DNA from: Octopus sinensis
Lineage: Eukaryota
Length of the DNA: 64,000 nt
Reading direction: 5' to 3'
NCBI RefSeq assembly: GCF_006345805.1
Contig: NW_021831752.1
Span: 186,001 to 250,000, forward strand
The notes beneath the pieces are model-generated. The model saw nothing but the letters and a program-made list of their open reading frames with translations, searched no databases and was not told where the DNA came from. A program made the position numbers and the translations under genes. Shown one piece after another: positions 49,791 to 62,899 of this stretch (position 1 is the stretch's first letter; each line of letters begins with the position of its first letter).

Positions 49791-50345
49791 CAATTTAAAT
49801 ATTGATTTGTTTCCCATAACAAAAATGTTGAGGACCACAAATATAAACAACAATTTTGGAAACCATTTACTGTTGATACGCCTTATGAATAGACTAGTCG
49901 ATAATTCAATGCCAGAAGAAAAATTTATCAACTTAGACTCGGAACTACCCACAAACAAAGCCAAAATATATAGAGAAGTAAACACGCACAAATATTCAAC
50001 AAATTCTCGACCAAATCTGCCACTTTGCTTGCACCCAAGACCCTGCATTGCTCGATCCAGTCAACAGACTGATCTATTTAAACAATAAGACGATTGCTAA
50101 ATACGAGGCAATCCTTATTGGCAGATTTTTATTAATTTTACTGCTTCATTTCGTGATAAGTAAATTTAATAACCTGTTAATATACCCCTCTATATTAAAC
50201 AATTCTGTCGGTCCCAAGAGGAATCGACTTAATAAAATTTAACCGTATTAAGTTTTTTTATATTTAATTTTCTTGACTGAGGACCTCAAAATGACTACTC
50301 AAAAAGTTCAAACCAAAAACAAAAATCACTTTTATTAACAAAAAG

Positions 50346-51048
50346 TCACTTCAAAATAAACTTTACAAGCGTTTCTGTATCTGCACGACTCGATGTATGA
50401 GACTTGTGGGGCATACCTACAAAAAAGAATAAAAATAACTTTTATTATAATTAGCAATAATTTCAAACCGAAGGTCGGCCATCAACCTCTGAACAGATCC
50501 AGTCACGACTAACAAATCGTTGGATCTCTGCTAAACCAAATTTAATCAAAATAAACCTCAGATAAATCAACAGGAAGAGAAAGTATCTTTTTTTGCAATA
50601 TTTTTGAGCATTTTCAGCCTTAGACTCAGGTTTTGTGCGCAAATAAGCAGGAATCGTCAAACGGTTGAAGTTCTCGACTCTTCCATCTGTCAGAGACTAA
50701 AAGTGACGTTTACAAAAATTACTTTCAAGTCTTCCTGAGGTTCTTCAGTACAACTTGACGGACTGCAAAAATAGTTTTGAAGTTTAATTAAATCTTTGAG
50801 GCCAAGAAATTGCTGAAGCTTGTTGACTTGACTGGAAATTATCCTAAAACTATCTATAAATGATGTTCTTGGTTTTAAAAGAATGATTTACATGTCAGAA
50901 GCTGCTTGTTCATCTTCGGTTTTTGCGATTAGATTCCCAATGTATGTTCTTAGTTCTTCTACTTCTGTTATCATTGCATGGATAAACAATAACACATCAG
51001 TATCCTTAATGTTTTAATTTTAATTTAAGTCACCACATCGGTAAACAT
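50346..51048 (-). CDS. MED8: Mediator subunit 8; 3' exon structure unresolved
   Basis: FIDSFRIISSQVNKL, LTDGRVENFN..IPAYLRTKPE, ADTETLV; an apparent frameshift after RTKPE. Confidence 0.78.
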
Positions 51049-51394
51049 TTGAAAAATAATTTATTATTAATTTAAATTTTAAATAAAATACATGTTATGA
51101 TGTGCTTTAAATTTGCAGAACATTTAAATGTTTTTGAAGACATTAGTATTTATACAAAATTAAATTATTTGATTTATTAATTTAGAAAAACTCCATTAAG
51201 ACTTATAGTGCAGCTGTTATTAAAAATAATTAACTTTCTTGTTCGCTTTTAATCTTAAAAATTTGTGTTGCTGGCACAAGCGAATATTATTATGTCAATA
51301 TGATCTATCGAACCGTAATTTTATTATCTTTTTAAACAACGAATTAGACATTAAATCTGGGATTAATGATTAGTAATAATAATTATTGATAAAA

Positions 51395-52081
51395 TCAAAA
51401 TTCAGCAAGTTTTTCGGTACTTCCCCACGACTTATCAAATTCTTGTCTTTCCTTATCCACCTACAGTTTACAATACTAATAACAACCATATAAAATCGAA
51501 ATATTCGGCTACGATATGAGAAGAATAAATAAAGCATTGTAGTCAAAAGTATTGCTAAAAATACTCCGAGAGCAATATAAAAAATTATATCCTTGTAAAA
51601 ATACACCAACACAAATAAATTAACACTCGAAACCTGTGAAAGAAAATAATCGTCATATTCAACAACATATTCCATAAGATTAGCTTGAACTTGAATTTTT
51701 ATAATAAATTAGTGACCTGGTTTATCGACGGTGTCAGAAGATCTTTTACTGGAAAATTATTTGAGATATAAACTTACGATGTAAAACCGTTGTTTTCAGC
51801 ATATATTTTATTCAAATTTTTGACCACGGCTTAAATAATGGATTATTGTTTACATTTGGCATTTCCGAGAAATATGTCTTTGTTGTAATCGTTCAGGAAT
51901 AAAGTATTTTGGTTTTCTAAAAGTAAACCATTCTTAATTTCCTCGTGTCAATGGAATTGGTTGCGAAATCGTCTCTTTTTTAGTTGTATCAGTTTGAACT
52001 TGGAAAGATGAAATAAACGAAAAAATGAATACTATTAACTTAAATAAACAAAAATTCAAAGAATACGAATGAATTGAACAT
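51395..52081 (-). CDS. Orphan multi-exon single-pass membrane protein
   Basis: A series of GT-AG micro-introns gives ...DIIFYIALGVFLAILLTTMLYLFFSYRSRIFRFYM|VDKERQEFDKSWGSTEKLAEF*; 5' exons tentative. Confidence 0.5.
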
Positions 52082-52299
52082 AGGAAACAAGCTAAACTAG
52101 GACAAGATAATATTGATTAAGTTTATTAATATATTGGGTTCGCCGATATATTAACACAATTTATTTATAATATACAATACAGTATAACTTTTCTTATAAC
52201 TTAAAAAATGTAGAGAGTTAAACCCATCCCCGTTTCTTAAAAATTCTGAATAGTCTAGCTTTGGTGGCTTTTTATCATTTTTATCGAATCTTTTAAATA

Positions 52300-52970
52300 A
52301 CTAAAAGTTTTTTGTTCTTGAGTTTTTCGTCCTAATACTTAGATTCCGACGTTTTTCTTTTCGTTCCCAACGTTTTCCCGTTCAAGTTGTGATATGCTTT
52401 GCAGCATGCTAAAATGCGGTGTTGCAAATGAATAATTTTTTATCGATAAAGTTGGCAATGATTGCTGCAGACATGTTTTTCCGATCTCTTTCATGGGTTC
52501 CTATGAAGTTCAGTTTTCGGGCTCCTTTACCAACGTTTGTACTCAAATCTCCACCTATGTAAAGTAGATCGCTCGTAGATATTTGGATAGTGAACTATAA
52601 AATTCATTCAGTTCTGTTAAGTTTTTAGACGCTTTTAGAGAAAGAGGTGCATAAAACTTTTTTATTGTATTTGTAGAGTAAAATCTTATTTTTGATTGAA
52701 ATACGCAAATTCTGTCATTCACTTTTCATATTTTTCGATATATTTCCATATTCTGATATCCACTACAAAACTCATTCCGTAGTGTTTCAAGCTTGAAAAA
52801 AGAAAAATAAGGTCGTGGTCATCATTTAATTCGTTAAGTCTTTTATTGACTTTGATCTCTTGCAGAAAGCAGATAGTAATGTTGTATCGTTTCAGATCCT
52901 GCCAGAGTGACCTCCTTTTCGCTGACAACTTTAATCTTCAAACGTTGAAGGAAGCCAGCGTAAATAGAAA
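52300..52970 (-). mobile_element. RTE-like AP-endonuclease remnant
   Basis: SFNV, ICFLQE, YG.SFVV, GGDL...VG. Confidence 0.7.
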
Positions 52971-53389
52971 ATTTAAAAAGAGTGTAAAAGACATTGTGCC
53001 AATTTGAGATGGATCACCAACTTCAACCAAAAAGATGCCTTTTTAATAAAACGTAAAGTCGATACCGATTGCAGATCGTTCCTAAAAATTAGCAACTTCA
53101 ATAATTTTTTACCGATTTAAATTGGAAACACGGTCGATTAGGGTGTACAAACAAATTTCAGTGGTCAACGATTATAAAATTCAACAAAACTACAAAATTC
53201 ATTGTCCTCTAAAGTATAATAACTTGATGGGAAAAATGAAAAATGATAAGTACGATGCACTACTTGCATGTTTGCAGAATCAGCAATCTTTTTTTCTAAA
53301 TTTCAAGATGATAAAATTTACTGTTTTTTGATCATCTTTAACTGCAAATATTCTTTACCTTGCAACTAACTTACAATTGAAAATGATCT

Positions 53390-56300
53390 ATCAACCCCAC
53401 TTTAGCCGGTGCGGGTCCAAAATTTTGTCAAACAGCATGCACGCCTTGTCGTGGAAGAAGAGTGTCGGTAGAATTCCCCGCCACACTTAACTCAACGACT
53501 TTGAGAGGAGGATTATAAAGTCGGCTGGTTTCCCTTCAACTCTAAAGTCAGTTTGCTTTTTCCGGAGCGAGGTCAAATGGATTTTTTCAGAGGACCTAAA
53601 TGACATCAAGATTGCACTTAACCACGCTCTTGAAGTATTCCGAGAGTGGTTCTTTAAAATGGACGAAAAAAGACTGAGTTTATCACAGTCAAACGAGAAA
53701 GTAAAGTTACTGACGAAATATGGAGGAGATCAAAAAAAGTCGGGTCACTGATTGGTGACTGAGAAGATGTCCAACAAAGAAAGATGTAGTCGACATTGGC
53801 ACTGAAGAGACTAAAATTGACATGGCTGAATTAGGAGCATCTCTCAAACCCCGTAAAAGAACGTTTGTAAAATGATTTCATCCTGCCTATCTTACTGTAC
53901 ACTTCAGGAACATAAGGACTGAATCAGAAATGTGCTGAAATTCTCAGTGCTTTTTACAGAAAAAAACTCAAATCACTACTGAAAATACACTATCCGATGA
54001 AGATCAAGAAACAAGATTTATACTCATTTTTTAAGCAGAATACTTGGAGAAATTATTACCAAGATTCTATGGGGATTCTTCAGCCACATACTACGGATGG
54101 ATCCTTCTGTTTCAGCTAGTGACATCATTGAAACATACTTTCAATGCTCTGAGCTTTTTCAAGGCAAGCAACGGACGACACTACCACTGATAATAAATAA
54201 TGACTCAAAGAATGCTAGATTGTTACTAGAAAATGCGGAGAATCTATCGCGACGAGAGGTTTATGACTTTCTTATTGTCATGGGTGTGCTAATAATAAAA
54301 TATAAAAATCATTGTTGGCTCTAAGCAGTCTATACTATTTTCTACCAATGTTGGAACCCTACAAGGAAATACGCTATCAGCCGTATTATTTATCGTTTAT
54401 CTGGAAGCAGCTTAAATAAATCTAAGAGAACAAATCGGAAGGCAGGAAAATTATTTAATAAAACTCATCTACGCGGATGATGTCGATTTTGTTGCTAAAA
54501 ATCGGTAATTTATTAAAGAGAAAGCAAAAATAATTTTGAGCAAATGGTCTCTCAAAGTCAATGAAGATAAAACAGAATTAACCAATATTAAAGGAATTCC
54601 TACCCGCGTAAAGGAGAAGTAAGGGAACACTCGAAAACTCGGATCTCTACTTGGCGACTCAGAAGATATTACACCAGTGATTCTTACGGGGGCGCTGGCG
54701 CCCCCCTGGGGGCGCTGGAACATATTAGGGGGGCGCTGGAATTTTAATTTTTTTTAATTATTATAAATATTTTATTAGTTTTTGTAAATCATTATCACGT
54801 GCTTTTCTATTAATTCTAATTCAAATTGTCTTGTGTGTACGTAAAAAAATTATTCACTGATAATATTTATAAATATTTGTTAATTGTATTTAATATTTTA
54901 GAACTTTTTAATAAATATTTTAATTATATTTTATAGATGTCTGATAAAAAGTAAAACGACGTATATATTCGGATGAATACCTAAAGTTTGGAGTGATACC
55001 CTACGACCATAACAATTCACTTCCAATGTGTCTTATGTGTAAAAAGGTCTTTACAAATGAAGGAATGAAGCCTTCAAGAATGCTAAATCATCTTAAGATT
55101 TGTCATCCTGACAAACTTGATGCGGATATCAATTATTTTTCTAATCTGAAATATAATTATGAAAATCGTCTTATGATTAATCAACTATTTACAAAAAATT
55201 CGAAGATGCTTGAAAAAGGCCTATTAGCATCATACAAAATATCGCAATTGATAGCGAAATCAGGAAAACCTCATACTATTGGAGAGTCATTAATATTACC
55301 AGCTATCAAAGAAGTGTTAAATTCAATGGTTGATTGTGATTCTGAACAAATAATTTCATCAATTCCTTTGAGTAATAGTTCTGTTTCTTCCAGAATTGAT
55401 GAAATGGCATTTGATATCGAAGAAACCCTATGTGCATTTTTAAGAACAACAAAATTTTCAATTCAGATTGATGAATCGACATTCAACGATAGTGTTGCAC
55501 TTTTATTAGTTTACGTACGTTATATTAATCAAAATGATGTAATTCAAGAAGAATTTTTATTTTCTGAACACCTTGAACTCGATACAAGAGGATTAACAAT
55601 TTTCAAACTGTTGAACAATATTTTTTTGAAACATGAAATACCCCTTAGCAATATTTTTGCTTGTTCAACAGATGGGGCACCTGCGATGGTTGGAGTTCAT
55701 CGTGGGTTTTTGGCATATATGAAGGAAAAAGTACCGAATATTTTACAATCCATTGCGTCATTCACAGACAGCATTTAGCTGCGAAAAATTTAAGTGAGAG
55801 GCTGAATGAATCACTAAATGTTGTCATATGTGCAATAAATCGTATTAAAATGCACCCATTGAATTCGAGAATATTTCGACATATTTGTGAACAAAACGAT
55901 GAGCATTATGAACGACTTCTTTTGCATACCCATGTTAGATGGCTTTCAAAAGGAAACTGTTTGTGTCGATTTTTTGAATTGTATGATTCAATCTTAGAAT
56001 TTTGTCAGTTACATGAGCAGAGAATTTTTAGGTAATTATTCCTTAATCATTTTTAAGTTGATTTTATTGAAAGCTGATATAGCTTATCTAGCTGATTTTT
56101 TTATAAATCAACCAAGTAATATTAGCTTGCAAGGAAAAAAAAATTAGTTTAATAAATGTAAAAGAAATTATCATGCCTTTTATTGGAAAATTACATCTCT
56201 ATGAAAACAATATTAAGAAAAAGATTTTATTAATTTTTTAAGTCTACAAAAACTTGGGGTTGTTTTTTGTGATAATATTTATCAGGTCGAAAAATTGACG

Positions 56301-57378
56301 GATTCGGACTGCGAATGGTTTTGTTTGCATCTAAAAAAATAAGAGACGACATGAACATTGCTTTTGAAGATTTAGCAAATTTAAAATTTTTTGATTGGTA
56401 TATAAATCCATTTGAAACTGAAAACGTTAATTTATCTCAAGAAATAAAAGAAAGTTATTAAATCTGAAATATGATTTTGAAGCTAAAGTCATTTTAACAA
56501 AGATATCAACAATTCTGGGTTACTCATAGAAAAAAATATCCTTTATTGTGGAATGAAATTGAAACACTTATAATAGCATTTCCTTCAACATATCTAGTTG
56601 AAAGAGGATTTAGTGCAGTCTCTAATATTTTGACCAAAAAAGAAATAAATGAAACAATTGCGAAAAAATTGCCAAATAATCTATAATGAAAAAATATTAT
56701 AATAGGGGGGCGCTGAAATTTTGAAGCTTCGATTGTGTCAAAGGGGCGCTGACTTAAAAAAGGTTAAGAACCACTGTATTACACGATGGAAGATTTTGGC
56801 CACAATAGCACTTAAAATTTATTTTTTTGGAGAAAAATCAAATTCATGCCAAGATGCGGCTGCGCTTATATAACCCATTTGTCCGACCAGTCCTCACGTA
56901 CAACGCAGGCACTTGGGGAACGTTAAAGAAAAATATTAAAAAATTTAACTCTTTTCACAGAGATCAACTTAGAAAACTCTTTGGTTATTCTTGGCAGAAG
57001 AAAATTTCGAACACAAAATTATACAAGCTGACTGGGCCAATAAGTCTGGATGTTCTTGAAACTCTTTGGCGCCTCTTTGGACATTTCTTACGGATGAATG
57101 AAGGACAACTAAGAATGTGGCCATGGAAGAATTTTTCTGCCAAAATGAATTCCAACTTTTAGAGGATTTCCAAGAGAATGTTTTCCTAGGACACTTGCGG
57201 AGGACTATGTTGTTATCGGGCGCTGACTAAAGGATGCTGACGATCTGGACGAAATCAGAAGATAAGCAAGACAACATAACGAATGGAAAAGATTAACGAC
57301 GAGAATAGTTAAGAACATGGCACAAACGAAACTATAAACACTGTTTATTGGTAACGCGAACGTCTATTAACTAACTCA
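53390..57378 (+). mobile_element. Decayed RTE LINE interrupted by a hAT
   Basis: GTLQGNTLSAVLF.VYLE, IYADDVDF, LKVNEDKT, KLGSLLG|, RLYN.FVRPVLTYN, WRLFGH.LR; short (taac) tail. Confidence 0.85.
54675..56776 (+). mobile_element. Full-length hAT (Buster/ZBED5-type) transposon
   Basis: TIRs CAGTGATTCTT / AAGAACCACTG; perfect 8-bp TSD tatTAcac; transposase with IQIDES, STDGAP, HCVIHR, RWLSKG, VERGFS; a few frameshifts. Confidence 0.95.
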
Positions 57379-57801
57379 TAGTATGATACAAATATCTTGT
57401 TAACTCAAAAAAGTCAAAAATTAATAGTCTGGTCTGCGAAATCCAAATTTTTTAAACCCGCCCCGCGGAAGAAATGAGTTTGACATCCCTTATCTAATTT
57501 ATTTATAGTTTCCTAAAAATTTTGAATAAATGATAGATTGTCAAGATCACTAGACAAATTAATTAAATTGGTGATTTGTGGTTACTAAATAAAATCATGA
57601 ATTCCCAGTTGTTTAAATTGACCGACTCTATGACCTAAATTTAGCCACAAAAAACTTCAGTTGAAAGCTTCATTTTGAGTTAGGCTTTGAGTTTCAGTTT
57701 GGGTAATTTTTATAAAGATTATTTAATTATAAAATACTTTTAATGGATAAAGTCGTTAATTTAAAAACAAAAATCCGGGTTAGAATTAATTAATTTTTAT
57801 A

Positions 57802-59031
57802 TTAATCTACTTTTAAGAGCTCCAGGAGCAGTTGTCGATATTCTCCTGATGTTTCACATTCTATTTTATCTTCGAGTGATTTTTCTGTTTGTTTTTTAAA
57901 TTCTTCTTTAATATTGTGTAAATCAATCTAAAAATTCAACAAATATTTAAACTTCACATCGGTTGACTATTACATAAGTCAACAATTTTTCATCGGTTCC
58001 AAAGCCAGAAAAAGACATTTGGAGAAGATGTGCGTAGAAGCCAACTGGATGCTTGATAAACATTACTGAATTTATATGATTAATTCTCACCAACAAATTC
58101 GATAAATTTTTTATCGTCTCCACTAAATTTTTCGTCTACGTGTGCTAGGAATTGTTCTCCAGTGAGCTAATATTCAGTTTTTTGCCAATAATGAAATACT
58201 TGTTTGTATTTATCCAAAAACCCAGCGACCTGGAAACGATTTTGTTCGATCAATATTTTGCTGATAACTGGAACATCGGAATGCTCAATATTCCTAGAAA
58301 ACAGATCCTGAAAACATTCTGCATGTTTTTCTGCAAGTTCCCAGTCGACCAGGCAATTTAATTTATTCGTATAAACATATCGTTCGAGATCATCAGTTGT
58401 GACTTGTGTTGTTTTCTGATGAGATAAGTTTAAATAATACATTCTTAAGTAACTCGAGAAGAAAGAGTTTAAAAAATCCGCTTGTTTCTGATTCAACGCG
58501 TTCAATTAAATTGGTTTCATTTTCTAAAAATGTATTTCAGAGAATCCAATACCAGAATTATAAAAATCGATGAGATTTGACCTATTTTTCTTGCTCTGAC
58601 ATAGAAGAACTACAGTTAGCAATGTTTCACTTGTCCCTAGACCCTTAAGTAATTTCAATTTTGCAAAGTTACATCCATTGCCGATTTAAGAGCTTCATAA
58701 TCGTTCTTAAGTTTGGTGTGAACCAACGACTTTATTGCATTTTTAAAGTCTCCAGATAGTTCATTTTCCAATTCTTCAATCAAATCCTAAAAAAATAAGT
58801 TTTTAATTACTATATCGTATGATTCTTTATATATTTTTACAATCTCCTGTTTTTGAGATTTTGAGGTAGATTTCATTAATTGGATCAACGTCTCTATTTG
58901 ATTTAGTTAAAATAATTTTTGCCAGAATGTCCAATTTCATTATGAATCATTTCGGATTCATTCAAAGCATCAAAATATTCTCGTGGTTTTACAGTCGGTA
59001 CAAATTGTTTTACTTCAGCAGACAGTGGCAT
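57802..59031 (-). CDS. Annexin (four repeats, divergent)
   Basis: DLIEELENELSGDF, AMD|GLGTSE, FSGFGTDEKLL, CETSGEYRQLLL; first intron is GC-AG. Confidence 0.92.
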
Positions 59032-59084
59032 CGCAAAAAATGGAAAAATCAGAGATTTAAATTAAATCATTACGGAATTGAGAT

Positions 59085-60245
59085 ATTAATAGAAAATCAA
59101 GATTTCCATGAATAACAAAATCATTTCATAAATTCAAAAATTTTTTAATCTCTTTATTTTTAATGTTTTTAAGACAAAGCAAGAAACTGAACTAAACATG
59201 AGGAGAGAAAATTAATATTTTCTCTACAATGTTGTATAAAAGATTTTCTATTCAATAAAAGTCGTTTTTGAATTTTTGGAATTTCAAGAATTTTAATTAT
59301 TCATCAAAAGTATGCAATTTTTTTTAATGGAGAAAAAACTGATTGAAACTTCAAACTTCCAATTTGAACCACTCTATAAAGTTTTTTAGAAGCCAAAAAT
59401 ATTATATCTGGTATGAATTGCTTCACTGTTCTCGCAAAGGATAGCAATCGAAATTCTTTGCCAGAGCCACGATGATTCGCATAATTCATTTTACTGGAAG
59501 CAATACATCTCCTGACCAGAGGAAATAGCGATAGTACAAGGGGTATCAAAAAAGCAGATCTTTAGCAAAAAGAAGAATATCTAATCTTTACTCAGAATCA
59601 GACTGGCCAGTAAACGATGGTAGAGGTACTTTAATGCCCGTAAGTAAGTCGTCGAAGCTGCTCCAGGTGGTTTTTAAAATCATTTAATTGCCTTCCTGAT
59701 GTCATTATTAGACTGAGTAGTCGTAGAACTTTTAAGATTTTTTATTAAATAAAAGTCGTTTATTGTCAATCACATAGAATTTAGAAATTTAAAGAATGAC
59801 AATTATTCATCAAAAAATAATAAGTTTATTAATTGAGAGAAACTGTTAACTTTCAATTAGAACTATTCTATAAAGTTTCTTAGAAGTCCAAAATATTGTG
59901 TGGTGAGATTTGATTTACTGTTCTTGCAAGGGATAGAAATCGAGATTCTTTGCTATAGCTACAATGATTCGCATTATTCTCTCCTACTAGAAACAATTCA
60001 TCTACCTAGGTCAATAAAGAAAATCGTAGTAGATCGAACGCAGCCAGATGAAACAGTGATAGTACATATGTACAGAAAAAGCAGATCCTTAGCAAAGGGA
60101 AAAATATCTTGTCTCTATTCAAAATCAAACTGTCCAGTAAACGATGTTAGAGGCACTTTAGTGCCCACAAGTAAGTCGTCGAAGCTGTCCCAGCTGACCT
60201 TTCAAAATAATTTAATTACTCTCCTGATGTCTCCTATAGCTTAAT
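59085..60245. repeat. Two diverged tandem copies of an uncharacterised ~500-bp unit (third partial copy at 62430-62740)
   Basis: Shared blocks aaagtcgtt, attcatcaaaa, atgattcgcat, gcagatc.t.agcaaa, gtaagtcgtcgaagctg. Confidence 0.8.
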
Positions 60246-60589
60246 ATGTGACATGGGCAGCTGGATACGCATGGGCAACCGGTTACATTTTTTGACCTTG
60301 TGATGTCAATTATTAATCATTGAATAACTTGAAAGAATTCGTGTATAACTTATTCCCCATTTTAATTAAATTGATTAGTACTTGAAAGAATAATGCATTT
60401 TTTTAATAGATTAGTTTTTATTCCATTAAAAAAGTAATCCCAAACTAAGCCTCATAGACGGGAAGCCGACGCGATCGAGAAAGAATTAGAGCGTACTATC
60501 GCGAGGGATATCCGCTCGAAAAACCATCTTGATTCGCGGGCGTCGCCTGTGAGAGCAGAATTGGTTGAAAATTACTGAATTGGTTGAAA

Positions 60590-60865
60590 CATCCCTGAAC
60601 ACTGTCAGCATCAAAGATTTGTGATTTGCCTAAAATAATGATCACGTGGATATCTACCACTGGTCTGCTATATCTTAGTCTGCGCCGGGGGAACTCGTCG
60701 TTGGGATAAAAGATGCAAACACCTGTTTCTCCATACGTGAGGACTAAGGTGAGGGAGGCTAAATACGGTAATTGAGCATTCAAATAATCCGCATGAGTGC
60801 GTGTGTCCGAGCAGAATCTAAATTTTCTGATGGTTGTCTAACGTCAATGTTTTGACGGTTTGATT
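60590..60865 (-). pseudogene. WDR86 3'-part pseudogene (intron-containing duplicate)
   Basis: Co-linear with 63440-63712 including the 23-nt intron; no 5' part of the gene. Confidence 0.82.
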
Positions 60866-61008
60866 GATAGGGTTCTAGTCTGTGATTAACAGAAACGTTA
60901 AAATGGAATGCCTCTTTTTTTAATATTCGAATTTTATGTTTTTATTATTTCATAAAAAATATTTAAGGCTTAGAACAAATAGTATTGATTATTACTTCTC
61001 TAAAATTA

Positions 61009-62422
61009 ATGCAAATTATAGGAAATAGATTATACCTTTTGATTTTAGTATTAATATCTTTATTAAACTACATCGATCAATTTCAAATCGCAGGAGCTCT
61101 TCCAAAACTAAAAAACTATTTTAATATACCATACTCAACACTCGGTTTTGCCGAGAGTGTCTTCATTATTGCATTTATGTTCACTTCCCCGATTGCGGGG
61201 TATCTGGGAGACCGAGTCAGTCGAAAAAGAATAATAATTTTTGGACTATTTAGTTGGACTTTAATGACATATTTATCCTCACTTGCTCAAAAAGACAGTA
61301 TTGAGTTATTTTTGGTTTGTCGAGCATTTGTTGGCATTGGGGAGGCATGTTTTGTTGCAGTGGTCCCTACAATAATTACTGATCTTTTTGAACAAAAAAA
61401 TCGTGCTATTGCTTTTGGAGTCGTTTCTCTGACCATTCCAGTGGGCTCGGGGATAGGTTATATAACCGGTTCTGTCATATCCGAACACCTCGGATGGAAA
61501 TGGGCCTTACGAATCACCTCGATATTTGGGGCCATTCTCCTTCTTATCAGCTCCATTTTCTTCTACGATCCCGAAATCGGCCAAAATGACAACTTTTTGA
61601 CAAAAAACACAACCAGTTATTTTAAAGACTTGAAAGTATTATTTACCAACAAAACATATCTCCTAATCTTGTTGGGATCTATTGGAGTCACATTTTCCGG
61701 AGGGGCCCTTGGATTTTGGGTCCCCGAATATTCCCAAATAGTCCTCCAACACATGTCTCCTAACATTGTGACTACAATTTGCGGAGTCATCCTTTCCTGT
61801 GGGGGATTGGCCGGTATATCCTCACTTTTACATCGAAGGTGTGTTAATCGGGTCACTTCTCTCAAAGAAACTCCAGCCAATTTCTGTCTCATATGACCCA
61901 ATTATTTGCGGATGTGGCCTGATTTGTGCATCTTTCCTCATATTTTATGCACTTTACATGCTGTTGTTTGAAATGTACAGCTCGTTTCTGGCCCTATTTC
62001 TTGGGGTTTCTGCCATGTGTGTTTGTTTTAGCATTAATGTGGATATGTTGATGGTTTTTTGAGTACATTAATGTGCAGTACATTGTTTCCCCACATCGTC
62101 GGGCCTCATCTTCTGCAATAAATATATTTTTCCAACACGCTCTGGGAGATGCAGAAAGTACGTACATTGTTGGCTTGGTTCTATCGCTCACTTGTTTATT
62201 GACATGTAGATAGCAACTCAAACTAAAAAACACGATGAAATAAATATAAATAATGATAGTAAGTATATCAGATGGGGTTTGTTGACGACTGTTTTTGTCT
62301 GTGCTCTTGGAGGATGTGCTTTTCTGGCGGCTTCTTTTTTTATTGAAAGGGACCATCGACGGGTTGTTGATGGTATAGATGAAATGGAAGAAGCATCGGT
62401 GGATAATATATTTAACGACTAA
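61009..62422 (+). CDS. SPNS: Spinster-family MFS transporter, paralogue 2
   Basis: Highly similar to 41661-43059 with the same three introns; DR->DQ change in the LNYIDR motif. Confidence 0.9.
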
Positions 62423-62899
62423 ATTAATTACTATAGTTAAAAATCAAGTTTCCCATGTTTTGCAAAATTAATCCATGAATTCAAAGACTTTTAAATGTCT
62501 TTATTTTTAATGTTTTTTAAGTCAAAGCGAGAAAGTGAACTAACCATGAAGAGGAAGAATTAATATTTTTTCTAAAATATTTTTATAAAAGATTTTCTAT
62601 CCAATGAAAGTCGTTGTTTGAAAATCACATAAATTTCTGGAATTTAAAGAATGCAAATTATTTATCAAAAGTAGGACAATTTTTTAATAACGAAAAAAAT
62701 TGATTAAAACTTATGACTTTCAATTAGAACTATTGAATACACTGTCTCCAGTGTTAAATTCATATTTAAATTAATTCACTCCCATCTTTTTTTCGTCCTT
62801 CTACAATAAAGAGAATTTAAGTCCACTCGAGGAAAATCAAATTTGTAATCACCTTTTGAAAAAATTACTATATGTTTCGGGGCTTTCTTTACCATCTCG

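Noticed and set aside
49800-50240. Short ORFs possibly from a Penelope-like or other element
   Set aside because: No diagnostic motif recognised.
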